62,513 nucleotides of DNA from the NCBI GenBank assembly GCA_034440515.1, contig JAWXCF010000089.1, positions 1-62,513 on the forward strand. Reading direction: 5' to 3'. How positions within the stretch are numbered: position 1 is the stretch's first letter; every line of letters starts with the position of its first letter. Under the pieces are notes generated by a model. The model was not told the DNA's origin. It ran no database searches and worked only from the letters and a program-made list of their open reading frames with translations. Origin of the DNA: Bacteroidota bacterium. GTDB taxonomy: Bacteria > Bacteroidota > Bacteroidia > CAILMK01. This document shows positions 1 to 9,393 of the stretch, piece by piece. A program made the position numbers and the translations under genes.

Positions 1-139
1 AGTTAATTGTTTTATCAAAAAAATCGTTAATATTTGCCCATTAAGAAAATAATATTTTTATTGTGAATATTTCAAAGAAATAATACAACATTAAGTTTTT
101 TCTAAATGATATAATTAATAGATTAATTGAGTGTAACAG

Positions 140-520
140 ATGGGCAAACGTAAGAAATATACTATGGAATTTGTGATAAACTCAAGCCCTGAGTTTTTAT
201 ATACCTACATTAGTACCCCAACTGGCTTGTCCGCTTGGTTTGCTGATGATGTAAATTTAGATGCCGAGACAATGACCTTCTTTTGGGAGGGTAGCCAAGA
301 AACTGCTAGGTTATTAAGTAATCGTACCAACAGTATGGTTAAGTTTCAATGGGTAGAAAGAGATGAGAGCGAGTATTTCCTGTTTCAAATTCACCAAGAT
401 GAATTAACTGGCGACACCTCACTTTTTGTTACTGATTTCGAAGAAGAAGATGAAATTGACGAGGCAAAAATGATTTACACAGTAGCTGTAGATAGATTGA
501 GAGATACAATCGGGGGTTGA
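140..520 (+). CDS. START-like (SRPBCC superfamily) domain protein
   Basis: 126 aa; LYTYISTPTGLSAWFADDV...FFWEG pattern typical of the Bacteroidota START-like family. Confidence 0.8.
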   Translation: MGKRKKYTMEFVINSSPEFLYTYISTPTGLSAWFADDVNLDAETMTFFWEGSQETARLLSNRTNSMVKFQWVERDESEYFLFQIHQDELTGDTSLFVTDFEEEDEIDEAKMIYTVAVDRLRDTIGG

Positions 521-594
521 GGGATTTTTTCAAGATAGTAGATAATATCGCTAGATTAGTTTCAACTATGTAGAAACTTTAGCGTATAATATAT

Positions 595-1044
595 ATGTCA
601 AGTAACATAGGATTATTGGGAGTTGCTATGTTAATCGGTGGCATACTTGTGGTGCAGGCTGGAATGAATTCCAAAATACAGGAAACACTTAATAACCCTT
701 TAGCATCGGTCATACTCATTACCCTAACTTCAACGATAGTTGGTTTAATATTATTAGCAGCTAAGAAATTTCAAATTCCAGATTTACAGAATATTTCTAA
801 AGTTCCTTGGTGGGCATACCTAACCAGCTTACTAGGGGTAGCTTATTTAATTGCAGCATTGGTATTGGTCAAACCATTGGGCAATGCACAAATGTTTATT
901 TTTATTGTCGCTGGGCAAATCTTAGTCAGCTTGGTAGCAGATCATTATGGTTGGTTCGGCTTTGATGTTAAACCATTTAACCTAAACAAAGGCGTCAGTT
1001 TGGGATTGTTAGTTGCCTGCCTATATTTTATGCAGAGAAAGTAG
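595..1044 (+). CDS. DMT family transporter (YdcZ/DUF606-like)
   Basis: 149 aa, about 5 hydrophobic helices; Q.GMNS, PWWAY and GQILVSLVADHYGWFG motifs. Confidence 0.85.
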   Translation: MSSNIGLLGVAMLIGGILVVQAGMNSKIQETLNNPLASVILITLTSTIVGLILLAAKKFQIPDLQNISKVPWWAYLTSLLGVAYLIAALVLVKPLGNAQMFIFIVAGQILVSLVADHYGWFGFDVKPFNLNKGVSLGLLVACLYFMQRK

Positions 1045-1080
1045 ATGAACTAATTTACTCATTTATACATAACTAATTCT

Positions 1081-1088
1081 TAATTTTG
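1081..1088 (+). promoter_or_regulatory. Bacteroidota sigmaA -7 element (TAATTTTG)
   Basis: Matches TAnnTTTG about 50 nt upstream of the TPR-ribH operon. Confidence 0.5.
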
Positions 1089-1135
1089 CACTCTTACTTA
1101 AAAATTAGTGCAAACTGCCCTAAACATTAGACAAC

Positions 1136-2185
1136 GTGGATAATACAGATAAATTAGAGAATACTTCAGAATCAAACGACAACGTTGAGGCGACTAAGGA
1201 TGAATTAAACCTTGAAATGAACGGTCATAATGATGAAACAACCCACGTAGGGGGGCATTCTGATAATGATAATATAGAAGATTATAAGCCTGCTGAAGAG
1301 GTGAACCACGATATACAAGTAGAAGGTAGCTACGTACACGAGGAAGACACCCACTACAAGGAAGATACTCACATAGAGGCTGAGGAATTGCCAGTAGAAG
1401 AAGCCGAAGTAGAATATGAAATAGCAGAAGAAGCCGTAGAGCCTGCATTTATACCTGTGGTACCAGCACCTAAAGTAAAGGCAAAAAAAGCAAAAGCTGA
1501 AATGATAAGCGAAAAACCAGTTGAGCCTAAGAAATTAGGCCTTAGTGAGTTAGACGCTATTCGTGGGGGAGATTTTGCTGGCATTTACGAAAGGAATAAG
1601 AAGTATATAAACTATGCACTAATAGTAGTAACTGCTATATTGGCATTATTTATTGGAAATAAATACCTAAATAGTGGTAAAGATGAAGAGGCTGAAATAG
1701 CCCTAATCAAACCAGCCTATTTGTGGGAAAATGATAGTTTGGCATCAAATGTACCAGCACTTAAAAACATAGTAGACGATTTTGGTAGTACTGTAGCAGG
1801 CAACAAAGCCAAATATATCTTAGGCAATACCTACCTTAGATTGGGTAAATATGAAGACGCTATAGATATGCTGAATGGTTTTGACGCTAATGGTAGTATC
1901 ATAATGGGACCAAGCACTTATGGTATGATTGGCGATGCATATTCACAATTAAAAGACTATGATGCAGCAGTAAAATATTACGGTAAAGCATCTAACGACA
2001 ATAATAATTCGTACTCTACGCCAATGTATTTGAAAAAAGCAGCCTTGGTCTATGAATTACAATTGAATAACTACAAAGAAGCTTTAAGCAACTATAAAAA
2101 GATTAAAAACTCGTTTCCAAATACGAGATATGGTCAGGAAATAGAAAAGTATATAGGTAGGGTAGAGGCTAAACTAGCAGAATAG
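1136..2185 (+). CDS. Membrane-anchored TPR protein (YfgM-like) with acidic N-terminal extension
   Basis: GTG start; one TM helix (YALIVVTAILALFIG) followed by TPR helices; lies upstream of ribH as is common in Bacteroidota. Confidence 0.8.
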   Translation: MDNTDKLENTSESNDNVEATKDELNLEMNGHNDETTHVGGHSDNDNIEDYKPAEEVNHDIQVEGSYVHEEDTHYKEDTHIEAEELPVEEAEVEYEIAEEAVEPAFIPVVPAPKVKAKKAKAEMISEKPVEPKKLGLSELDAIRGGDFAGIYERNKKYINYALIVVTAILALFIGNKYLNSGKDEEAEIALIKPAYLWENDSLASNVPALKNIVDDFGSTVAGNKAKYILGNTYLRLGKYEDAIDMLNGFDANGSIIMGPSTYGMIGDAYSQLKDYDAAVKYYGKASNDNNNSYSTPMYLKKAALVYELQLNNYKEALSNYKKIKNSFPNTRYGQEIEKYIGRVEAKLAE

Positions 2186-2231
2186 TTTCAGACCATTTAT
2201 TGACCATAAGTTAAATAGAGTAGCAAAATAT

Positions 2232-2759
2232 ATGTCAAATCAATTGCAGGCAACACTAGTACAGCCAGAAATGAATGAAGAACTGCAAAAGAAGAAAATT
2301 GGCATAGTAACAGCTGATTGGAATGCAGAAATAACAAATTCTTTAGCAGATTCAGCTAAATCTTATTTAATAAAGTTTGGCATATTAGAGGAAAACATAA
2401 TTACCTATTCAGTCCCTGGTAGTTTTGAGTTGCCACTTGGCGTTCAATATCTTATTGAAAACGTAATGGCTGATGGTGTAATAGCCATTGGTTGCCTGAT
2501 TAAGGGGGAGACTGACCACTATCATTATATAGCACAATCTTGTAGTCAGTTATTAATCCAATTGCAGGCAAGGTATATGAAGCCAATAGGCTTTGGACTA
2601 TTAACCTGTGATACTGTAGAGCAAGCCCAAGAACGAGCTGGAGGCATACACGGAAACAAAGGAGAAGAGGCTGCAAATGCTGTATTGAGAATGCTTCGAA
2701 TGAAAGAGGACTTGAAGAAGGTTACTCATAAGAAGACTTTAGGTTTTGGCAAATCTTAA
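2232..2759 (+). CDS. ribH: 6,7-dimethyl-8-ribityllumazine synthase
   Basis: IGIVTADWN, VPGSFELP, IGCLIKGETDH and GNKGEEAA motifs. Confidence 0.97.
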   Translation: MSNQLQATLVQPEMNEELQKKKIGIVTADWNAEITNSLADSAKSYLIKFGILEENIITYSVPGSFELPLGVQYLIENVMADGVIAIGCLIKGETDHYHYIAQSCSQLLIQLQARYMKPIGFGLLTCDTVEQAQERAGGIHGNKGEEAANAVLRMLRMKEDLKKVTHKKTLGFGKS

Positions 2760-2778
2760 TCTATTTCCCTTACCCAAT

Positions 2779-3717
2779 TTGAAATCTTTTGCTAGACAGG
2801 TACTCTTTAGCGCATTGATTACACTTAGTTTGCTTAGTTGCTCAAATAATAAGAAAGCATTTCTTGTAGAGAATAAGAACAAAAAACACAAAGTAGCACC
2901 AGCAAAATTCTATGAAATCAGCTATTTAAAGGCAGATTCTAGCACCCAAGAATTCATTTCTGAAATAGATAGCTACAATGTAGATGGCAAGCTAATATAT
3001 AGCCTAAGTATAAATAATTCAACAGACACTGCCATACTAATGACCTATAAGTATGTAGGCGATAAGTTGAATAGTAAGAATTCCCATAATTACAATTCTG
3101 GGGAAATAATAAGCGAAAGCTTCGAATATGATAGTGATGGGAAGGTAACCAGAACTAAGTGGATTAATCAACAGGGTGATGTTGGTACTAATGTATTTGC
3201 CTATGACGACTATGCCAATCAGATTAGTCTGACTATGTATAAAGGTAGTGACAAGCTGGTAGAACAGGTAATGAGAACTGTAACAAATGATGTAGGTCTA
3301 ACCCTTGAGTCTGAAAGAATGGACGCACTACCAAACGGGGACACCCTGCACGTGGGTATGTACTCCTACATATATGATAGTTTGGGGAGGGTGGCATTAA
3401 AAACTGAATTTGGAAAAGATGGGGCCTTCGTAAAAATAGACCAAAATATGTGGGACAATAACAACAACAATATCGTTCAGATAAGTAATTACCCAGATAC
3501 AGTTTTGGGGAGTGATAAAACCCTTTCTAGGATTAAAGTATTAAATGTCTATAATGAATTTGGAGATATAATTCGAGCCAATGTATTCGAATATAACATC
3601 CCAATATTAACCACCCAGTACACCTATAACGAATATGGCGAAACCGTAAAGCTGATAGACACGGACAAGGACGGTAGACAAAGAATAGTAAGAAAGGAAA
3701 TAAAGTATCGTACTTAA
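2779..3717 (+). CDS. Lipoprotein with YD/RHS-like beta repeats
   Basis: Probable TTG start at 2779 (ORF open from 2746); lipobox LLSC; repeated Y-D/N-x-x-G motifs (YNVDG, YDSDG, YDSLG, YNEFG, YNEYG). Confidence 0.65.
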   Translation: MKSFARQVLFSALITLSLLSCSNNKKAFLVENKNKKHKVAPAKFYEISYLKADSSTQEFISEIDSYNVDGKLIYSLSINNSTDTAILMTYKYVGDKLNSKNSHNYNSGEIISESFEYDSDGKVTRTKWINQQGDVGTNVFAYDDYANQISLTMYKGSDKLVEQVMRTVTNDVGLTLESERMDALPNGDTLHVGMYSYIYDSLGRVALKTEFGKDGAFVKIDQNMWDNNNNNIVQISNYPDTVLGSDKTLSRIKVLNVYNEFGDIIRANVFEYNIPILTTQYTYNEYGETVKLIDTDKDGRQRIVRKEIKYRT

Positions 3718-3728
3718 TGAATAGCTAT

Positions 3729-3767
3729 AAATATATAAACATTTTCTTTTAAAATGTTTATATATTT
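3729..3767. terminator. 17-bp perfect AT-rich inverted repeat, possible terminator
   Basis: AAATATATAAACATTTT-ctttt-AAAATGTTTATATATTT, 11 nt after the stop at 3717. Confidence 0.45.
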
Positions 3768-4074
3768 CTTAATCTTGAGAAGTTATGATTTTTAGATTTT
3801 CAGTCAAAGTTTACTAGTGAATTATAATTAGGAATTATTTATTACTATTTAAATTACAATAATAGACCAAATACATTACACATTTGTTTGTTTTTAATCT
3901 ATTTCTTTCCTTAGTATTTAAGTAATAGATTTATATTTTTATGTGGGGAAAGTTCCAGTGGTTCATATTTTTGAGTAAATTTATTGTTACAGATATTCAA
4001 CAAAATAATTTAGGAATTTAGCGCCCAGAGGAAGATGATATGAAGTAAGTTGTAAATTAATTAAAGGCTAATTG

Positions 4075-5424
4075 CTATAGTCTAAAATTTACTGCAACAG
4101 TAACTCTGTTTTCAGTATTTTTCAAATCTGGTCTAAAGGGTATTACAGAATTTGGACCATTTACCCATCCCGATGATGAAGTTGTACCCTTACTACCTGT
4201 AAAGTAAGGTAGATTAGCGCGACGATATCCATATTCAAATCTGAATGTAACAAAATCGTTAGGCATTAGGTCAAATGTTACGAAACCTTGTAGTATCTCT
4301 AGTTTCTTATACGGTTTAGCAGTATAAGCGTCTGAAAATGCATTATTTGAAGTTGCAGCAGGTGAAAATGCCAAGTATGCACCACCATTAGCTAGGTAAT
4401 CTACCCTAAGTGTTACGGCCATCTTGTTTTTATTGAACCAAATTCTATTTGCGATAGAAGTTCCGTACACAAAGTGTTCTTTCACTGTAACGGAGTCGTT
4501 ATCGTCTATACCATTTTGAAAACCAAAGTGGTTATTTATACTTATAGCCATTTGCGAAACTCCTTCTGCATTTGGGTTTTTATAGTATCTAGCTACTATG
4601 CTGTTGTCGTGGTGAAACCTAAGCCTATTAGACTGATTCCCTAGGGTGTCAGGGTTATAAGTGTCTCTGCCTACATAGAAATTTGCAACCAGTTGTAAAT
4701 TTTCATTGGGTCTGTAAAATGTAGAGCTACCTAAAGCCGGGCCTCTGCTAAAACTATTGTATGATTGCCAACCATTTAATAACCAAATTTCTTGTTTTAG
4801 TTTCTTAGTAGGATACATTTGCAACCTTGCCCCTTGGAAATAGAACGGTGTGACCTCACTAACCATTGACCGTTGATATGACCAATTGTCTTGCAGCAAA
4901 TAACTCTCCAGCCCTACGTAACTCATAAATATTCCAGCCTCTAGGTTGATGCCGTACCACTTATTAAAGTGATATCCTGCTGCAGCCTCTCTGATGAATT
5001 TCAAGTTTCCGGTACCTGTATTCCTACCACGATTTACACTTGGGTCTAACTCTTGTACTATATGTTGCATAGCACCAGCTTGTATTGATATTCTGCCGAT
5101 AACGTTTTTATAGTTAGACTCTAAGCCTATGCAGGATAGGTTTAGTTGAATTTCGTTGTGCCTGCCTATAGTTGAAGAAATAGTCTGGGTGTTGTCAATT
5201 GGGTTTGCGAAGTTGTAATTATAATAAGCATCAACGTAGGCTGTACCAGTTAGTACCAATTCGCTAGATTTGTCTCTAAACTCTAGTGGTGAGTTTTTTA
5301 TACGGCTTTGTCCGTTAATCCAAGACAAGTCCATACCCTCAAATGGTATTTTTTTAGTTGAATCTGATTGAGCCTGAGATTTTGAACTTATTAATATTAA
5401 TGTAATAATTAAAATTTTTCTCAT
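4075..5424 (-). CDS. Outer-membrane beta-barrel porin (DUF1597/BBP2-like)
   Basis: Signal peptide; YVDAYYNYNF, GIFMSYVGLES, NWSYQRS, TPFYFQG and NGWQ motifs; terminal strand VAVNFRL. Confidence 0.75.
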   Translation of the reverse strand: MRKILIITLILISSKSQAQSDSTKKIPFEGMDLSWINGQSRIKNSPLEFRDKSSELVLTGTAYVDAYYNYNFANPIDNTQTISSTIGRHNEIQLNLSCIGLESNYKNVIGRISIQAGAMQHIVQELDPSVNRGRNTGTGNLKFIREAAAGYHFNKWYGINLEAGIFMSYVGLESYLLQDNWSYQRSMVSEVTPFYFQGARLQMYPTKKLKQEIWLLNGWQSYNSFSRGPALGSSTFYRPNENLQLVANFYVGRDTYNPDTLGNQSNRLRFHHDNSIVARYYKNPNAEGVSQMAISINNHFGFQNGIDDNDSVTVKEHFVYGTSIANRIWFNKNKMAVTLRVDYLANGGAYLAFSPAATSNNAFSDAYTAKPYKKLEILQGFVTFDLMPNDFVTFRFEYGYRRANLPYFTGSKGTTSSSGWVNGPNSVIPFRPDLKNTENRVTVAVNFRL

Positions 5425-5634
5425 AAATATTGTTTTATTATCCTAGTTACTCTGCATTTATCTGTATTAAAATTCGCTTTCAAAGTTATCTTAAATCAAT
5501 TGAATGATCTTTTTAGGTTATTGAAATTGGTAATGCTCTTCCTTGTTTTTGAAATTTCTATTTGAAAGTATTTTTAGTTTTAAATTTGTTTAAAGTGATA
5601 CTGGAAATTGATTTAGCTAAAAATGTTGAAGTAG

Positions 5635-6667
5635 ATGAGTAATGAGCTGGAATATACGCAACCCTAGTTGGCAATATAAAAACGTCAATAACTGAAAGCA
5701 AACAGCAAGTAGCTGTGGCTGTAAATGCTTCATAAGTATGTAGTATTGGAATATTGGCAAGTGAATTAACCAATATGTTTTGCAACATAAAAGGGCTGAA
5801 TAAGGTAAAGAGATGGTCGTTACACTTTCACGACAATTAACGGAAGTATTTGGTACAGGTTGGAGTGAAAAGCAGTTGAGACTGCTTTGCAGGGACAATT
5901 CCAGATGAAAAAAATGTCTCCACACTGCGGAGACAATTAAGTTGGTCACACATAAAAACTATTATTTATCTCGATAGTGCTTTAAAAAGAATGTTTTACA
6001 TAGAAATGTGTAAAATGAAAATAAGGAGTACAAGAACATTACAAGAGCGAATAAATAGAATGCTTTATGAACAAACTAACATAAGCAAAAAGCCAGATGA
6101 AACAATACTCAATGAGTTATTATTGAAAAACAATCAACAGCTGTCACCCGACTTAGTATTTAGAGACCCTTATTTTTTAGATTTTTTTGGGATTAAAAGA
6201 CATATTTAGAAAAGGATTTAGAAACTTCTATTTTGCCAGAGCTGCAAAGTTTTATTATAGAAATGGGGTCTGATTTTGCATTTATGGCTAGGCAAAAAAG
6301 AATCACCATTGATGGTGATGATGATCATACAGATTTGCTCTTCTATCATAGAAGGTGAAAATGCCTAGTAGCCATAGAACTTAAATTAGGCAAGTTTAAA
6401 GCTGCCCAAAAAGGTCAAATGGAATTGTATTTACGTTGGCTTGAAAAAAATAAAATAGCGAATGAAGAAAATCTGCCTATAGGTCTAATACTTTGTTTAC
6501 ACGAAAATGAAGAAAACGTAGAGCTATTGCAATTAGAAAAAAGCAATATTAAAATTGCTAAATAACTAACACAATTGCCAGATATGAAATTACTTGAATA
6601 TAAATTACATCAATCAATACAACGAGCTAAAAATAGATTGGCTCAAAGAGTTTTTAGTATTGAATAG
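5635..6667 (+). pseudogene. YhcG/DUF1016 PDDEXK nuclease-family pseudogene
   Basis: Pieces read across frames: AVAVNAS, YWNIGK, LSRQLT..FG.GWS.KQLR, QLSWSH, FRDPYFLDF, EKDLE, FAFMARQKRI, DLLFYHRR, LVAIELKLGKF, KGQMELYLRWL, PIGLILC; several in-frame stops and frameshifts. Confidence 0.92.
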
Positions 6668-6774
6668 AAAGTACACCACTAAACTACTCTAATAAAACCC
6701 AATAAATTAAGGGGATTTAAATAGATTTAATTTTTTTTAAACTGCTAAAACTTTGTCCATCAAAAATTTAAGGC

Positions 6775-6810
6775 AAAAAAAACTCCCGAACAAGTACTTG
6801 TCCGAGAGTT
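6775..6810 (-). terminator. Intrinsic terminator of the Cys/Lys-rich peptide gene
   Basis: Imperfect hairpin aactcccgaacaag-ta-cttgtccgagagtt followed by a T-run on the minus strand. Confidence 0.6.
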
Positions 6811-6841
6811 GTGTTTAGTTAAAGATGTTAATCTTTACAGA

Positions 6842-7042
6842 TTACATAATTGCTTTGTCAGTAGCGCCTTCTTTACCTTTGCAACATTTTTTGCCTTTTT
6901 TGCAATCTTTTTCGCCTTTTTTACACTCTTTAGTGTTTTTACCTTTGCAGCAATCTTTACCGTCTTTACCACCAGCAAAAGATATAGATGCAAGACCTAC
7001 TGTCATTAGAGCAACTAGGCCCATTGTTTTAAACATTTTCAT
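6842..7042 (-). CDS. Small exported Cys/Lys-rich protein
   Basis: 66 aa; signal peptide ending SFA; mature part has 6 Cys among Lys/Gly; has its own terminator. Confidence 0.8.
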   Translation of the reverse strand: MKMFKTMGLVALMTVGLASISFAGGKDGKDCCKGKNTKECKKGEKDCKKGKKCCKGKEGATDKAIM

Positions 7043-7114
7043 ATTCTATTTATTAAATTAATTAGTTAAAAATCTTGCTTACAGTTATTAGCTTAAAGCA
7101 CAATTTATATAATC

Positions 7115-7133
7115 AACACATTCTATGCCAAAA
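7115..7133 (-). promoter_or_regulatory. sigma54-like -24/-12 element
   Basis: Minus strand TTTTGGCATAGAATGTGTT (GG-N10-GT), about 73 nt upstream of the ATG at 7042. Confidence 0.4.
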
Positions 7134-7871
7134 CTAGTCTCTAGAAGTTACATCTCCGCTTGAGAACCCAAAACTTAAACCTAGGCTTAACGTGTTGTAA
7201 TCGCCAACAATAGCAGCTTCATTTTTAGATTTTACGAAAGTATTAGTTAGGTCATACCTAGCATATAGCGATACATATTTATATCCAACCTTAGCATATA
7301 CACCAGCTCTAGTTCTGTTTATGTTGTCGAAGTCTTTCGTTTTATAGGTAGCATCGTCTGTCTTCAATTTGTTTTTAGCATCAAAACATAAACCGAAAGC
7401 GCCACCAACATTTACATTGAAATTTTTCAATTTCAACATCAATTCCAAGGGAATCTCTATAAAGTTTAGGCTTAATTTATTCTTTCTGTAAACACTTGCA
7501 CCGTTATTGAAATAAGCACTTCTTAATATAAAAGGATTTGAATTTAAATCAAATGCAGAATTCAATTGTCCAGTTGTTCCATCAAACTCATATTTTAAAT
7601 AGTTCGTATGTATATTGATGTTGCTGTATTGCAAGCCTGCACCAAAGTAAACAGGTCCCACTATTTTATAATGCGTCAATGATCCCAGCTCAATCATTCT
7701 ATTGCTTTCAGATTTTACCTGAACATTGCTTCCTTTAGGTATTTCATTCCAATTCACCCAGCCAAAATTTATATATCCTGTTTCTAGTATTTTATCTTGT
7801 GCTTGCGAATAGTTTTGTGCACCTAACATTATGAAAAGACATAATGTAAATTTAGTAATTGTTTTAATCAT
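7134..7871 (-). CDS. Outer-membrane beta-barrel protein (PorT/OMP_b-brl_2-like)
   Basis: Signal peptide; KNKLSLNFIEIPLEL, VGYKYVSLYARYDL and LSLGLSFGF strands. Confidence 0.75.
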   Translation of the reverse strand: MIKTITKFTLCLFIMLGAQNYSQAQDKILETGYINFGWVNWNEIPKGSNVQVKSESNRMIELGSLTHYKIVGPVYFGAGLQYSNINIHTNYLKYEFDGTTGQLNSAFDLNSNPFILRSAYFNNGASVYRKNKLSLNFIEIPLELMLKLKNFNVNVGGAFGLCFDAKNKLKTDDATYKTKDFDNINRTRAGVYAKVGYKYVSLYARYDLTNTFVKSKNEAAIVGDYNTLSLGLSFGFSSGDVTSRD

Positions 7872-7930
7872 ATTCCTTGTAAATATTGTTATAAATCTAT
7901 GTGTTTAATTTGGCAAATAAACGATGTTTA

Positions 7931-7947
7931 GTCAATTGTTATGCCAA
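7931..7947 (-). promoter_or_regulatory. sigma54-like -24/-12 element
   Basis: Minus strand TTGGCATAACAATTGAC (TGGCA-N6-TTG), about 60 nt upstream of the ATG at 7871. Confidence 0.45.
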
Positions 7948-7991
7948 GAACATTTCATCTTATATTCAAATAAATATAAATTGCACCAAAT

Positions 7992-8849
7992 ATGTTGACT
8001 CCAAAGCGAAGTAAAACCTTAGACCAGCCAGATAAGGATGTTGAAATGTCATTTTTCGACCACCTAGAGGCATTGCGTTGGCACTTAATTAGGTCTCTGG
8101 CAGTGGTAGTTATTCTTACCATTTTGGCTTTTGTATACAAAGATTTTGTTTTTGGTACGGTATTTATGGGGCCATCAAGACCAAGTTTTATTACATACAG
8201 AATACTATGTAACTTTGCAAATTCATTTTCATTAGCCAAAGACTTGTGTGTAGATGAATTAAAATTTACCCTAATGAACACAGAAATGGGTGGGCAGTTT
8301 ATGCAGCACATATATATATCGTTTAGTGTGGGTGTAGTTATGGCAGTACCCTACTTTACTTACGAGATTTGGAGATTCATTAGACCTGCATTGTCTAATA
8401 AAGAAGTAAAAGGTAGTAGGGGGGTAACTTCTGCTGCTACTATCTTATTCCTGATAGGTATTGCCTTTGGGTATTATGTTATATTACCTATCACAATTCA
8501 ATTTTTAGCAAATTATGAGCTAGACCCTAGCATTAAAAATAATATTACCATCAGCAACTACATCAGTATGTTAACTATGACTACGCTGAGTATAGCATTG
8601 GTATTTGAACTACCTATAGTGGTATATTTCTTAAGCAGATCGGGTATATTGACACCCAAACTGATGCGCAGTTATCGCAAACACGCAATTGTCGTCATTT
8701 TAATATTATCTGCCATCATTACTCCAAGTACTGATATACTTAGCCAAATAGTAGTAGCAGTGCCGTTTTACTTGCTATATGAGTCAAGCATAGCGGTAAG
8801 TTTTAGTGTGGATAGACGTAGAAAGAAACGTGAAGCACTTAATGTGTAA
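7992..8849 (+). CDS. tatC: Twin-arginine translocase subunit TatC
   Basis: EMSFFDHLEALRWHL, YEIWRFIRPAL, FELP and SAIITP motifs. Confidence 0.97.
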   Translation: MLTPKRSKTLDQPDKDVEMSFFDHLEALRWHLIRSLAVVVILTILAFVYKDFVFGTVFMGPSRPSFITYRILCNFANSFSLAKDLCVDELKFTLMNTEMGGQFMQHIYISFSVGVVMAVPYFTYEIWRFIRPALSNKEVKGSRGVTSAATILFLIGIAFGYYVILPITIQFLANYELDPSIKNNITISNYISMLTMTTLSIALVFELPIVVYFLSRSGILTPKLMRSYRKHAIVVILILSAIITPSTDILSQIVVAVPFYLLYESSIAVSFSVDRRRKKREALNV

Positions 8850-8877
8850 ATAGATACCTACTTACTATATTCGTATT

Positions 8878-9312
8878 ATGAAAATAGCCATAGGTAATGA
8901 TCACGCAGGATATGAGCGTAAAGAGCAACTAAAGAATTGGTTGATTGAAAACGACTATGAGGTAACTGATTTGGGAACTGCAGATGCTGAAAGCGTAGAT
9001 TATCCAGAGTTTGCCCACCTAGTGGCAAGTGTAGTTGCTAACAACGATGCCGAACTAGGCATACTGTTGTGTGGTAGTGGTAACGGAGTTTGTATGACTG
9101 CCAATAAAGTACCAGGTGTACGCGCAGCACTTGCCTGGATACCAGAAATAGCTGAAATGGCGATGAGGCATAATAATGCTAATGTATTGTGCTTACCAGC
9201 CAGATACACAACTGAATTAGAGATGAGAGATATAGTATGGGCATACCTACACGCTAGTTTTGAGGGAGGGAGGCACCAACGAAGGGTAGAAAAAATTGAG
9301 TTATCAGCCTAA
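8878..9312 (+). CDS. rpiB: Ribose-5-phosphate isomerase B
   Basis: GNDHAG, VDYP, CGSGNG, HNNAN and FEGGRH.RR motifs. Confidence 0.97.
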   Translation: MKIAIGNDHAGYERKEQLKNWLIENDYEVTDLGTADAESVDYPEFAHLVASVVANNDAELGILLCGSGNGVCMTANKVPGVRAALAWIPEIAEMAMRHNNANVLCLPARYTTELEMRDIVWAYLHASFEGGRHQRRVEKIELSA

Positions 9313-9393
9313 ATTTACAAATTAGGTATATTATTTGTACAGTCAGTGAAATCAGGTCGTGGGTACAACATTCCGATTGAATAATACGATATA

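Noticed and set aside
2779-3717. RHS/polymorphic toxin locus
   Set aside because: Too short; no RHS core PxxxxDPxG motif, toxin domain or immunity gene.
5558-5949. Minus-strand ORFs 5558..5788 and 5617..5949
   Set aside because: They are antisense shadows of the YhcG pseudogene.
6809-7061. Plus-strand Phe-rich ORFs 6809..7009 and 6825..7061
   Set aside because: They are antisense to the Lys-rich peptide gene, which has the signal peptide, promoter-like motif and terminator.
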